From the NCBI GenBank assembly GCA_964188305.1, contig OZ076899.1: a DNA stretch of 64,000 nt; one strand, 5' to 3'. Made by a program: the position numbers and the translations under genes. The DNA is from Podarcis bocagei. Taxonomy: Eukaryota. Positions 1-11,987 of the stretch are shown here, piece by piece (positions within the stretch are counted from its first letter, which is position 1; the number at the start of each line of letters is the position of its first letter). Below the pieces are notes generated by a model that was not told where the DNA came from, did not search any database, and saw only the letters and a list, made by a program, of their open reading frames with translations.

Positions 1-819
1 GCAGCTTTGTGGGTCACCTCAAACAGAATGCCGGGAAAGCCAAAACGAGCTCCCACCTTCCAGCAGGTGTACTGTCTGAATTTGGGTTTCCTCTGGAGGA
101 CCTGAGGTGTTTTTGTAACATTTGGCTCATATTCACATATGCCAGCAGAGCATAAGTGGAGGGAAAACAGGTGGCACTCCTGGAAAGCAACAGATCCACT
201 AACCCAAATCAGCTTCCAGGAGAGAAGCCTCTCAGCTTCCAGGTGTCTTCAGCTGTCTCACAGCTCTCTTTGTCTCCCATTCTCCATTGCCAATCATTTT
301 GTACATGCACTGTTGGCATCAGGCTCTGTCCCCCACAACTCCTTAGCTGGAGGTGTGGTGTGTCACCTTCTCCAAGCTGTGGCAGCGCTCTCTCTTCAAA
401 ACACTCAACAGAGACTACCACCTCTCAAAAGACCCTCCCTGGACAATCAGATCCCACCTTTGTCAGTTATTGCTCTTCTAAATGGTCAATGCACATCTCT
501 TGCTTACATGGAATTGTCACAGACTCTTGTCTTTTGCATTTCGTGACCATCTGGGCACACAGCCTACAATTTCCCCGCTCTGTACTAATATGTGTGTGTG
601 TAGGTGGTTCATATGCATCAATAAGCCAAATCATGGTTTAGTGTGGGTGTGTGGACCCAGACAGATCACAGCCACTTTGCTCATCTTCTGGTCCTGCTGC
701 TGCTGAACAGCTGGCTGCACTAAACTATGGCTTGACTTAGCATGCTGTCAGATCCTGAGCTCATGGTTTGTCTCACTCCAGTTTGCTTTCCATCCTTGAT
801 GTCAGTCCTGCTACTCCGG

Positions 820-1150
820 CCCGAGAGAGAACAAATGCCTGCTCCATCTTTTGTGTGCAAGACATCCCGTCGGATAGCTTAAACTGCCATCACATCTCCC
901 CTTCATCTGTTCTTCTCCGGGCTAACTAGACCCCGATTTTTCAGCCATTCCTTATAGGACTTGGTTTCCATCCTGAGCACCCTTCTCTGGACACATTCCC
1001 ATCAGTCTACACTCTTCTTAAATGTGGTACCCAGAACTGGACAGAGTACCCTAGGTGCAATCTGTCCAGCATGGAATAAAGAGGAAAAGATCTGGACACT
1101 CTGCTCTCCTTCATGGAGCTGAGGGTTGTGTTCACTTTTTCAGCTGTGGA
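820..1150 (-). mobile_element. CR1 LINE ORF2 3' fragment (degenerate)
   Basis: cccagaactggacagagtac and cttctccgggctaactagaccc are antisense CR1 RT motifs. Confidence 0.65.
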
Positions 1151-1245
1151 TGCTCTATGCCGAGAATTTTTTTACAACTGGAAAAATATTCCAGTTTTCC
1201 CTGATATTCATAACTGAAAAGCAGATACATCTAAAACAGTAACTA

Positions 1246-1431
<186 letters not shown>

Positions 1432-1844
1432 TTATTTGGAGTTGTCATAGGCACTTTTTCGCTTGCCTCCCAGCAGCTTATTCCAAAAATACTCACCTTA
1501 CCTGCCACACTATCACAGACTAGAATTGTTGATAATTGTTGATAATTTTATTACTCTTTAAAAAAGAAGAAGTTTGAATTCAGACACACTTCTGGCACAT
1601 GGAGGTTTTCAAACTCACACTCTGAACCTATGCCAACTTACTCATAAGAAAAGCAGAAGGTTTGACAGTAGATTCAGCCCAGATTTTAAAAAGAAATTCT
1701 GCACATAATACATTTACAGAATCTGCTGCCACAGAATGTGGCGACCAAAGACAAGTTCATGGTGGTGGTGACGGCAGGAAGCTGCCTTCTGCTGAGGCAG
1801 ACCATTGGTCCATCTAGTTTGGTGTTGTCTGCAGTGACTGGCGT

Positions 1845-2206
1845 GGGACACAGATGGCACTGTGGGTTAAACCACAGAGCCTAGGACTTGCCGATCAGAA
1901 GGTCGGCGGTTCGAATCCCCGCGACAGGGTGAGCTCCCGTTGCTCGGTCCCTGCTCCTGCCAACCTAGCAGTTCGAAAGCACATCAAAGTGCAAGTAGAT
2001 AAATAGGTACAGTACTGCTCTGGCGGGAAGGTAAACGGTGTTTCCGTGCGCTGCTCTGGTTCGCCAGAAGCGGCTTAGTCATGCTGGCCACATGACCTGG
2101 AAGCTGTACACCGGCTCCCTTGGCCAATAAAGCGAGATGAGCGCCGCTACCCCAGAGTCGGCCACGACTGGACCTAATGGTCAGCGGTCCCTTTACCTTT
2201 ACCTTA
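1845..2206 (+). mobile_element. Sauria SINE with TSD cagtgactggc, nested in an older antisense tRNA-derived SINE (about 1775-2320)
   Basis: tRNA-like head with ggttcgaatccc B box, gtgcaagtagataaataggtac core, (ACCTTT)n tail. 11-bp TSD at 1832-1842 and 2207-2217. Confidence 0.9.
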
Positions 2207-2854
2207 CAGTGACTGGCAGCAGCTCTCCAGGATTTCACGCTGGAGTTTTCCCTCAGCCCCACCTGGAGATGGAACCTGGGACCTTCTGCATGCAAAAGTG
2301 ATGCTCTGCCACTGAAGCCAGCCACAAAGGTGTCAGAGTGGATTCAGTGTTGATCCTCTCTGTGGAGGTTCTATCGTGCAGTGTCCACACAGAGCCAAAC
2401 TTTTTTGAAAATGGGTTCTCGTGTGAATACCCTAAAGCCCAGGTCTCCACTTCCTTTTGATCCTGCAACTTCTCCACATGTGTAATCACCTCCTCATTTG
2501 CACCTCCCTGCCTGGCCTGTTTCTGTTCATAATACCATCGGCTGTTCTCTTCTGGTGCAGCTGTGTCACAGCTGGCAGCCACTGGCTTAGTTACGCTCAC
2601 GTCAGAGAGAGATGCTGGACAAAATTGTATCTGGTAACTGAGTTATACGACAAACATGGGGAATGGATTTCCATGTGCACAATTAACTGTTGTTGAATAT
2701 AGAAACTGCTGAGATAATAGACCTAGGTCCTGTGTTTTATATAAAATTTTGGCAGAGTTGGAACATCTGTGGGTCTTAAAATGTTGTTGGACACACACAC
2801 ACACACACCAGCTACAACTTAGTTAGCTTCCATTCTTCAAATAGAAAACATCCC

Positions 2855-3290
2855 TGGAACAGTTCAGTCGGTAGAACATGAGACACTTAATCTCAGGGCT
2901 ATGGGTGCGAGCCAGGCATGCCGAGTTGGGCCCAACATTGGGGGGGGGGAGGGAGTCATGCGTGCATGATGCCACACACATGGGCCATCCCTGCTAGGAC
3001 ACTGGCAATCGCAGCAGGGGCACATGGAGCGAAAATCACCCTCCTCCTGCCCCCACCTGCCATGCGGGGGCAGCGGGGGAGGGCGGCCCCCTCAGTATGG
3101 GGAGGGTCAGCACCCTGCCTCAAAATATTGAGGGGGCTGTAGCCCCTTGCACTTGCTATACCCAGTGCCTCTGGTTCAAGCCCTGCATTGGGGCGAGAGA
3201 TTCCTGCGTTGCAGGAGGTTGGACTAGATGACCCTCGTGGTCCCTTCCAAGGCGACAATTCTATTATTTTGTGGCCCTTCTGTATTATTC
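2855..3290 (+). mobile_element. tRNA-Lys(CTT)-derived SINE with CR1-like 3' tail, interrupted by a GC-rich insert (about 2935-3165)
   Basis: Head agttcagtcggtagaacatgagacacttaatctcaggg resembles tRNA-Lys. Tail ggttggactagatgaccctcgtggtcccttccaa is a CR1-type 3' end. Confidence 0.6.
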
Positions 3291-3348
3291 TGTAGCTGGA
3301 AATCACAATGGCTATATAGAACTTCTGTCTCAAGAAACCATGTGCCAT

Positions 3349-4135
3349 TGTGGAAAGTAAATTTGAAATTTACAGACTGTTCTCTTTTGAAATAAAATTA
3401 CATGAAAATGATGTATAGATGTTATATTACACCAGTACAGATAGCAAAAATGTATAAAATTGGGTCAAACATATGTTGGAAATGTAAAGAAAAAGAAGGG
3501 ACTTTTTATCACATGTGGTGGGAATGTAGAGAAGTTTTAAAAAATGGAAATGATATACAATGAATTGAAAAAAAATGTTTAAAATGACATTTGTAAAAAA
3601 AACCAGAAGCATTTTTGTGAGGGATTGTAGGACAAAGACCTGCCAAGAAAAAAAAAATAATTTTTTATGTATGCGACAACAGTGTCAAGAGTCTTGATAG
3701 CACAAGGATGGAAGAATGAGGAAATCCCAATGAAAGAACAGTGGCAAGAAAAATTGATGAGTTATGCAGAGTTGGCTAAACTGACATACAAACTCCGGGA
3801 CAAGGACAACTGTGACTTTAAGGAAGAATGGGAGCTTTTCATAAATTATCTAAAAAGACAACAAAATGAACTGGACTCCTTGGCAGGTTTTGAATAAACA
3901 TACACAAATTTATTGGTTGATAACATGATAGATAGACAAGGCAAGGATAGGTATAATTTTATAACATGCAGAGAATAATATGTGCAGAGAAATCAGAGAG
4001 AGGAGCTGTGGGAAGTCCCTGGTGGTTGGGGGAGGGAGGGATGGGTGGAAGGGGGAAAATAATGTATGTGATTACATGGTTTGATAATTTGTTAAGTTGA
4101 AATTGCTTAATAAAAATATTTTTAAAAAAGAAAGA
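3349..4135 (+). mobile_element. L1 LINE, 5'-truncated 3' fragment
   Basis: ORF2 C-terminal CWKC...HMWWEC-like remnant, aataaa plus A-rich tail. 17-bp TSD aagaaac(c/a)atgtgccat at 3332-3348 and 4136-4152. Confidence 0.85.
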
Positions 4136-6235
4136 AAGAAACAATGTGCCATGGAATAGCAGTTTCTGTGGATTAACAATGGGTGAGCACTGAAGCCCCC
4201 TCCATCCCGCTTGCTGGGCTAAATGGACTTCACCAGGGCAGGTTACAACAATGTAAACATTAGAACCAGTTATAACAATTTACAATCAAAAGAATAGGGT
4301 GGGTCCTAAAGCCATACCTCTCTGGGGTCAAAGGCCAGGGTCAAGACATGGGCATAGCCAGGACTTTTGTTGGGGGGACAGGCAGTGGCATTTGGGGGGG
4401 GGGATCCGTGTCAGGAGGTGGTGTGAGACACACCTCTGTGAAAAGGGAATTCCACAGCATTTGGGTACCACCGAGAAGGCCCTCTCCCAGCCCCCCAGCC
4501 CCACCCCCTGAAGGCAAGAGAACTGAAAGAGGACCCCTCTCTGCTGATGTTTCATCCATGGAGATCATGGTGGTGGGCCTGGTTCCCTCACGCCTCATTT
4601 TGTCCTTAGCAAAAGCCCTGTGAGGGAGGTTGGGCTGAGAGACAGGAAGTGGCCCACGTTCACTCAGTGAGCTTCGTCGGCTGAGTGGGGAATTCACAGT
4701 AAACCAAAAGGAGGAGTTCCCTCCATAACGCATACAAAATATACAAGCCACGGACCAATCAATGACAAAAATGATAAATAGGTGATAAAGCTCATATACA
4801 ACAGTGGACTCAAGCCTCCAGCATAATATGATATAATGTGATACAGATATGGATAACAACCAATAAACAACTGAAGACCCACGTATCAATGAAAATGCAA
4901 CATGATACAAAATTTAAGTTTTATTGAACAACCAATATGAAGGCTATCTAAAACAGAAATAACAGTCCATGAAAACTGTATGTAACATAAATAATAGTCC
5001 AATATAAGTTATATGAATTCCACATGTGTGAAGACAGGTGGCATGTCTGATGCATCAAATAAAGCTGATGTACAAATTCCACGCGGCAGCAAATTTAATA
5101 GGGTAAAAATTCCAGGCTATGTTTTCATTTTGGTGCTTCCTCAGAAACTACTGTGATGGATGGCAGCCAACCTTGACTCTTACCAAGAGATTCCTAGCTG
5201 CACAGCAATACAAAAATCCATAGGTAACATAAAATGGTGAGCTTCATGGCAGAGTGTGGATTTGAACCCTGGAATCCCATGTTCCAGTCCAACACTGACC
5301 ATCACATGGAACTCAAAGACGTCTCCAATCTAGGCACTGAGCAGACCCAGGCCTGCTTAGCTTCAATAAGTACCTGCATTGTGGATCCTCAGATCATTCT
5401 GCTGCATATAAATATATTATATTTGTGTGCGTGTTTCAAGAGAGGGGGAAACAGCTTGCCAGAGACTTCGCTTTCCATGATGTTCTCCAGATGTTCTGGG
5501 CTACAAATCCCATCAGCCTCAGCCAACAAGGTTATATGATACTGGGACTGGTGGGAGCTGTGATCCAAAACTTTTGGAGGACATCAGGTCAAGGAAGGCT
5601 TCTGTTCAAGAAACATCCAAATCTGTCTAGTAAAAAGTGAATTTGGGGTACACAGTCCCTCTTTTGAACTGGCTTTAGCTGCCTGCACAAAAGCCACCAG
5701 CTCTTCCCAACTCTCACGAAAAAGTGGTTTCTGAAAGGCTTTCTCTCCCTGCTACCCAGAAATAAACCCCATGTATGCTCCAGATAAGCATGCTGGTATA
5801 GGGCGGTATACAAATGCTAGATAGCTAGATAATTGTCTGGCTTTAGCAATCAATACCTTTCTTACGCACACTCTTTTGCCCTAAAACCTATTATAATCGT
5901 CTCCTCTGCGTGGCATTTGGGCCACAACATTCTCCATACATCTAGTCCAGCAGTCAGTTCTCACAGTGGATAGAGAAGTGCCTGTGGGATGCTGGCAAGC
6001 TGGACATGAGCACAAAAGCACTCTCCCCTCCTGTGGCTTCCAGAAACTAGTATTAAGATGCCTGCAAATGACTAACCTGCTAGTGTTCCCTCTGCTAGCT
6101 TAATTTGTTGCACTGGGAGGGGGCCTACTAGGGAAGATCTGTCATTACACCCTCTCTTATCCCAAGAGTGAGGGAGTCCCAGAGTTAACTGCAGCTCTGT
6201 GCCCTAGTATTAACTTTCCTGCCCCTTTTCCAGCA

Positions 6236-6573
6236 TGGGTGGTGCTGTGGTCTAAACCACTGAGCCTAGGGCTTGCTGATCAGAAGGTCGGCGATTCGAA
6301 TCCCTGCGACGGGGTGAGCTCCCGTTGCTTGGTCCCTTCTCCTGCCAACCTACCAGTTCGAAAGCACATTAAAGTGCAAGTAGATAAATAGGTACCGCTC
6401 TGGCGGGAAGGTAAATGGCGCTGCTCTGGTTCGCTGGTTCATGCTGGCCACATGACTCAGAAGCTGTTTGCAGAAAAACGCCAGCTCCCTCGGCCAGTAA
6501 AGTGAGATGAGCGCCAGAACCCTAGAGTCATCCGCGACTGGACCTAATGGTCAGTGGTCCCTTTACCTTTACC
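6236..6573 (+). mobile_element. Sauria SINE with 77-bp flanking direct repeat
   Basis: Same core and tail as 1845-2206. The flanks 6158-6234 and 6574-6650 are duplicated. Confidence 0.9.
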
Positions 6574-7531
6574 TATCCCAAGAGTGAGGGAGTCCCAGAG
6601 TTAACTGCAGCTCTGTGCCCTAGCGTTAACTTTCCTGCCCCTTTTCCAGCCAGGGGCTCATTCACACTTCCATTTGTCTAGGCACAGGTTGGCATTTGTT
6701 CTGAATCAGCAGTAAACAACAAGTTTTCCCTGTGAAAGCAGTAGGAGAAAAGAAAAACCTATTGGACTCGTGCCTAGGAATTGCAGTACAAACGAAAGTG
6801 TAGATGTGCCTTAGGTGCTGCTGCATCAGCAACTGATGCTCTCGGTTCTTCCCCTCCTCCCTGCAGAAAACCTGCTTGCCAGAAGGGCTGCTGTCACCTA
6901 AATTCAGGTCTAATTTCACTACTGCAGCGTCAACATGGCGCGCACACAGAGAAATGGATTTATAAAATATACGGCTAAGCCCACACACCATTGTGGTGGA
7001 AATGATTTCTGCTCCAGGAAATAACTTTTTCCAACCAATAGGGGTTTTTTGCAGGAAGGCCAAATAAGAAATATATTTTTTGGCATAGGCTAACTTGAAA
7101 TGAGGTCATTTCTAAAACATAGTGCAGTATTCAAGGGCACAAATTAGAAATAATAAAAACTTTCCCCCATATAAAATAATAACCCCTTTTCTTTAGTTGG
7201 AAAAGGGTCAAGTGTTAACATGTGCTAAGCAATATACTTCACAAATGTTTTTTGGCTTTTTTAGTTACCTGATTTTTTCATGGGTACAGCAGTCAGCAAA
7301 TCAAAACAGTTAAGTGTGTTGGCTTATAATTTCATGCACTCTTACTAGGAAATAAGTCCTACAGAACTCAGTAGGACTTGCTTATGAGTAGACGTGTATC
7401 GGATTGCACTGTGTGCAAAGTTTTAGGCAATGTGAAAGGTTGAATTACAGTAAATGAAGAGATTCAATGGACTGTGAGCTGAATTAAGGTAACTTTTTTG
7501 AGAATGGCCCCTCTTAATAATGTAATTACAC

Positions 7532-7646
7532 CAGGCTTCCTCAACCTCAGCCCTCCAGATGTTTTTGGCCTACAACTCCCATGACCCCTAGCTATGATGG
7601 GAATTGTAGTCTCAAAACATCTGGAAGGCCAAGGTTGAGGAAGCTG
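7532..7646. mobile_element. Small hairpin MITE (hAT-like)
   Basis: TIR caggcttcctcaacct...aggttgaggaagc with an internal actacaa(c/t)tccca-type palindrome. Confidence 0.6.
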
Positions 7647-7977
7647 GACTGCAAGAAGATCAAACCTCTCCATTCTTAAGGAAATCAGCCCTGAGTGCTC
7701 ACTGGAAGGACAGATCCTAAAGCTGAGGCTCCAAAACTTTGGCCACCTGGTGAGAAGAGAAGACTCCCTGGAAAAGACCCTCATGTTGGGAAAGATGGAG
7801 GGCACAAGGAGAAGGGGACGACAGAGGACGAGATGGTTGGACAGTGTTCTCAAAGCTACTAACATGCGTTTGACCAAACTGCAAGAGGCAGTGGAAGACA
7901 GGAGTGCCTGGCGTGCTCTGGTCCATGGGGTCATGAAGAGTCGGACACGACTAAACGACTAAACAACAACAACAACA
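7645..7977 (+). mobile_element. BovB (RTE-clade) LINE 3' fragment
   Basis: Encodes RREDSLEKTLMLGKMEGTRRRGRQRTRWLD; ends in gagtcggacacgactaaacgactaaacaacaacaac. Confidence 0.92.
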
Positions 7978-9329
7978 CTTTTGCCATAATAAATTTGTGA
8001 GCACCCACAAAACACTCTTTGTTTTTGCTGCAACAGACTAGCATGTCTACTGCCATCCTAAACACACTTAGCCCCACTGAGCACAGTGGAGCTTACTTCT
8101 GAGTAAATAGATGTAGGATTGTGCTACACACATTAAGGTTTGCCTGTTCTATTCCTACAAGTAAAAAAATGTGATTTTTTTTTTTAAATTACTCAAGCAT
8201 TTTTTAACACCTCCTGTTTTGAATATGTTTCCCAACATCTGATTTGGACTCATAGAAAGAATGATCAGTTTGCAAACCTTTGAAAGGATCTAGATTTGAA
8301 AAACAGCAGCGGCAGGTAGGCTCAGCAGCAACAAAAGCAATTGGAAAGAGCTGGTTTTCAGTGCCAGATAGTTTGCTTTGCTAGTAAACAGTATAATCTT
8401 GACAAACCAGAGTGAGTGTCTAAAATAAACTATAAAATTATGGCACAGTGCTGTCTTCCAGATCTCAAAGGGGTAAAGGGAGGGCTTCTTCCACTGTGTA
8501 GCTGAAAAGCCTTTTTAAAATCTCTGACAGTTCTAAGAAGCGGCTGCATAATGTGAAAAAACTCACTGTTCTATTACTCCTGCCAAAGCTGTGCCAAACA
8601 ACACGCCTCGCGCTCTGTGAGGAAGGCACAGAAAAGATGTTTTGAAGTAAGGTGGGCCCTCCCTGGCCTCCGTCGCGGCATGATGTGCCTCTTTGAACAG
8701 CCTGTTCCAGTGCAACAGAGGATGGTCAGTGTGATCCTCCAGAGTTCCTGGCACAGCTTTGAAAGGGGGTTAGTCAGATTTGCGGGGGATCAGTCACTCC
8801 ATCCATGGCTAGCAATGAGAGCTGCATGAAACTTCCACATTCAGAGGCAGTCGAACATTCAGAGCCAGTTATGGGGGATAGAAAGCAATAGCAGGAGAAT
8901 GTGACCTCTCTCTGCCCACAGCTCAGCTGTGTTACATATGCTGGAGTCAGTGGCAGGACATACTGCAAGAGCAACCAAAGTGGCAAATGTTTTTAGGGTG
9001 CCAATGAAGAAGCATGCAGCTCAAGAGGTGTGGCTCAACACCCTCTGCTAAGCTACAGATTCAGGAGCTTGGGGGGGGGGGGCTGAGCTAGGAACCCTTC
9101 GCCTGTGGGGCATGCAAGCTGAAAAGCCTCTCACGGGCATTGCAAGGTGTGCTGTGCTGTTATTGGGACATTGGATGTTTTGAGGGTCTTGAGTTCCCAG
9201 TGAATGCTCTGCAACTGGTCCCACCTGCAAAGGATCCTGGACTATGCTCCTCAGGTCTTACACTGCCATTATTCGGAGCAACAAAACATCCTGAGAGTGG
9301 TCACGTGGCTAGCCTTTGGTCATGTTCAC

Positions 9330-10590
9330 ACAACACTGCAAGCCATAAACCGTGCCCATTTGATTTCCTCCTGGCTTGTGCTGAGAGTAAACAAACCATT
9401 ATCTCTGGCTTGGTCTTACATCCCAGCCTTGACAGTGTACTCTGAGGAAGCTCTGCAGAGACCCATCAACCATTTTGCCCAAGCCTGCATGGAGTTTGGC
9501 CTTATGCCCCACAAGCTCAGTGTCGCTTTGCAAGACTTGCAAAAACGATGCAGGGTGCCGCAAGTAGGTGTGCACCCTGGCCCCTGCAAGCTCAGCGCTG
9601 CTTTTGTGAGCGGCATTGGGCTTGCAGGAGCCAGGGTGCAACAGCTCACAACGGGGCAGGGCGCTGTGATGTGCCCCCCAAAGTGCACCCAGGGTGACGG
9701 CTCCCTCAGCCCCTCCCCACACTATGCCACTGAGCACTCCACACAAATCAGCATTGGTTACCACATTCTTTAGGTGGTAGATGATTTTTTCTACTTAAGC
9801 TCCTCCATAACTAGCAGCCTCTCAACTGACACTGAGCAGGACAAGTGTATTGGCAATGCAGTTGTGGCACTGACTCAGCTCTCCAAAAGAGTAAGTGAGA
9901 ATGTGAAGCTAACAACCAATACCAAGATGAAGATCTACCAGGTTTGTGTGTTGAACACACTGCTTTATGGAAGTGAGTTGTGGGTAACTGACAACACTCA
10001 GGAGTGATGCCTAAACACTTTCCACATGTGCTGCATCAGGAAGATTTTGGGCGTCAAATGTCAGGACAGAGTCTCAAATAAAGATGTGCTCTCTCAAGTC
10101 CACATTCCCAGCATGTTCACACTCCTGTCTCAGCAACATCTACACTGACTTGGTCATGTCCACAACTTGAAGATGGCAGGACCCCCAAGGATGTGCTCTA
10201 TGGGGAGCTGGCTTCAAGTACCAGGCCCATTGGCAGACCACATTTGCATTACAAAGATGTCTGCAAATGTGACATGAAGGCTGGCAACATTAATCGTGCC
10301 ATGTGGGAATCCCTTGCAGATAACCGCAGCACCTGGAGATAATCAGTCTGATTGTGTATCTACAGCAGTGACCAAAGGAGGAATGACTCCTGGGAGGAGC
10401 AAAGAAAGAAAAAATATCACCCTGCACCTGCATCAGCACAACTGGATGCCTTCAACTGCCCCAGCAGCAACAAAACACGTCACTCTCATATTGGTCTCTA
10501 CAGCCACAGCAGGTGCTATAACTCTCCAATGGTCTGACTTCACCCCCAAAGGCACACTCTTCCATTGTCTCCCGAGACAGGCATGTTTCA
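9330..10590 (+). mobile_element. RTE-clade LINE RT / 3' region, degenerate, with an insertion at about 9505-9675
   Basis: SEEALQRPINHFAQACMEFGL; DFFYLSS...TKMKIYQVCVLNTLLYGSE RT motifs with stops. Confidence 0.75.
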
Positions 10591-11039
10591 GATCCCTCAG
10601 CAAAAAGAAATACCGGTAGACTGGTGGTGGATCATAGGTTGAATGGAGTCCACCAAGACTCTCTATCAAACTCCCAGGACTTTCTCCAGGCCACAATCCA
10701 CATCAACCCTGCTTCACACTCTGCTTAATTGCCCTTGCCAAGCTAGACTACATCTTTACATTTTAATAATGCCTCTTGTGCCCTGGATGGAGGATGGAGA
10801 TGGGGGGCACTAAGTCCCTGAAAGAGCTGTTTCCAGTCAGAGTAGACCAGCCTCCCCCTAACATCTGGTGCCCTACAAATGTTGCTGGGCTCCTAATGCC
10901 ACCAGTCCCAACCAGCATGGCCACTGGTCAGGGATGATGGGGGTATCTGGAGCATGCCAGGTCAGAGAAGGCTGGAGTAAGCAACTCTGGGGTAGACTGA
11001 CATGTGGTCTGGCTTAGTCTGTGAATGCAACTTCGTGTA

Positions 11040-11987
11040 CCGTATTTTTCGCCCTATAAGACGCACTTTTCCCCCTCCAAAAATGAAGGGGAAATGTGGG
11101 TGCGTCTTATGGGGCGAATGCAGGCTTTCGCTGAAGCCTGGAGAGCGAGAGCGGTAGGTGCGCACCGACCCCTCTCGCTCTCCAGGCTTCGCGGACCTCT
11201 CCCCAAGCAGCGGGAATGCTCCCGCTGCTTGGGGAGAGTTGCCGGCATCCCGAAGCCTGCGCGCGCTGATCCCAGCGCCTGCAGGCTTCGCGGATCTCTC
11301 CGCAAGCAGCGGGAACGTTCCCGCTGCTTGGGGAGAGTTGCCGGCATCCCGAAGCCTGCGCGCGCTGATCCCAGCGCCTGCAGGCTTCGCGGATCTCTCC
11401 GCAAGCAGCGGGAACGTTCCCGCTGCTTGGGGAGAGTTGCAGGCATCCCGAAGCCTGCCCGCGCTGATCCCAGCGCCTGCAGGCTTCGCGGATCTCTCCG
11501 CAAGCAGCGGGAACGTTCCCGCTGCTTGGGGAGAGTTGCAGGCATCCCGAAGCCTGCCCGCGCTGATCCCAGCGCCTGCAGGCTTCGCGGATCTCTCCGC
11601 AAGCAGCGGGAACGTTCCCGCTGCTTGGGGAGAGTTGCAGGCATCCCGAAGCCTGCCCACGCTGATCCCAGCGCCTGCAGGCTTCGCGGATCTCTCCGCA
11701 AGCAGCGGGAACGGTCCCGCTGCTTGGGGAGAGTTGCAGGCATCCCGAAGCCTGCCCGCGCTGATCCCAGCGCCTGCAGGCTTCGCGGATCTCTCCGCAA
11801 GCAGCGGGAACCACCGCTGGGCTCCCACGGCTTGCAGAGAGCTGCCTGTTTGCGGGCTGGGGTCGGGGGAAGCTCGGGCTGCCCCAGCCCCGCGCCTGGG
11901 GGGGAAATAATTTTTTCCCTTTATTTCCCCCCCAAAAAACTAGGTGCGTCTTATGGGCCGGAGCGTCTTATGGGGCGCAAAATACGG
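11040..11987. mobile_element. Non-autonomous Tc1/mariner (pogo/Tigger-like) element carrying a tandem array
   Basis: TA|CCGTATTTTTCGCCCTATAAGACGC ... GCGTCTTATGGGGCGCAAAATACGG|TA TIRs with TA TSD. Confidence 0.85.
11184..11810. repeat. 99-bp GC-rich palindromic minisatellite, about 6.3 copies
   Basis: aggcttcgcgga recurs at 11184, 11283, 11382, 11481, 11580, 11679 and 11778. Confidence 0.95.

Noticed and set aside
2855-2935. Functional tRNA-Lys gene
   Set aside because: The acceptor and T arms are degenerate, and it continues into a CR1-like tail, so it is a SINE head.
11184-11810. CRISPR-like array or repeat-protein gene (ORFs of 235-333 aa)
   Set aside because: The units are contiguous, with no unique spacers, in a eukaryotic context with no cas genes. 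The ORFs are by-products of a stop-poor 99-bp GC-rich period inside a MITE.
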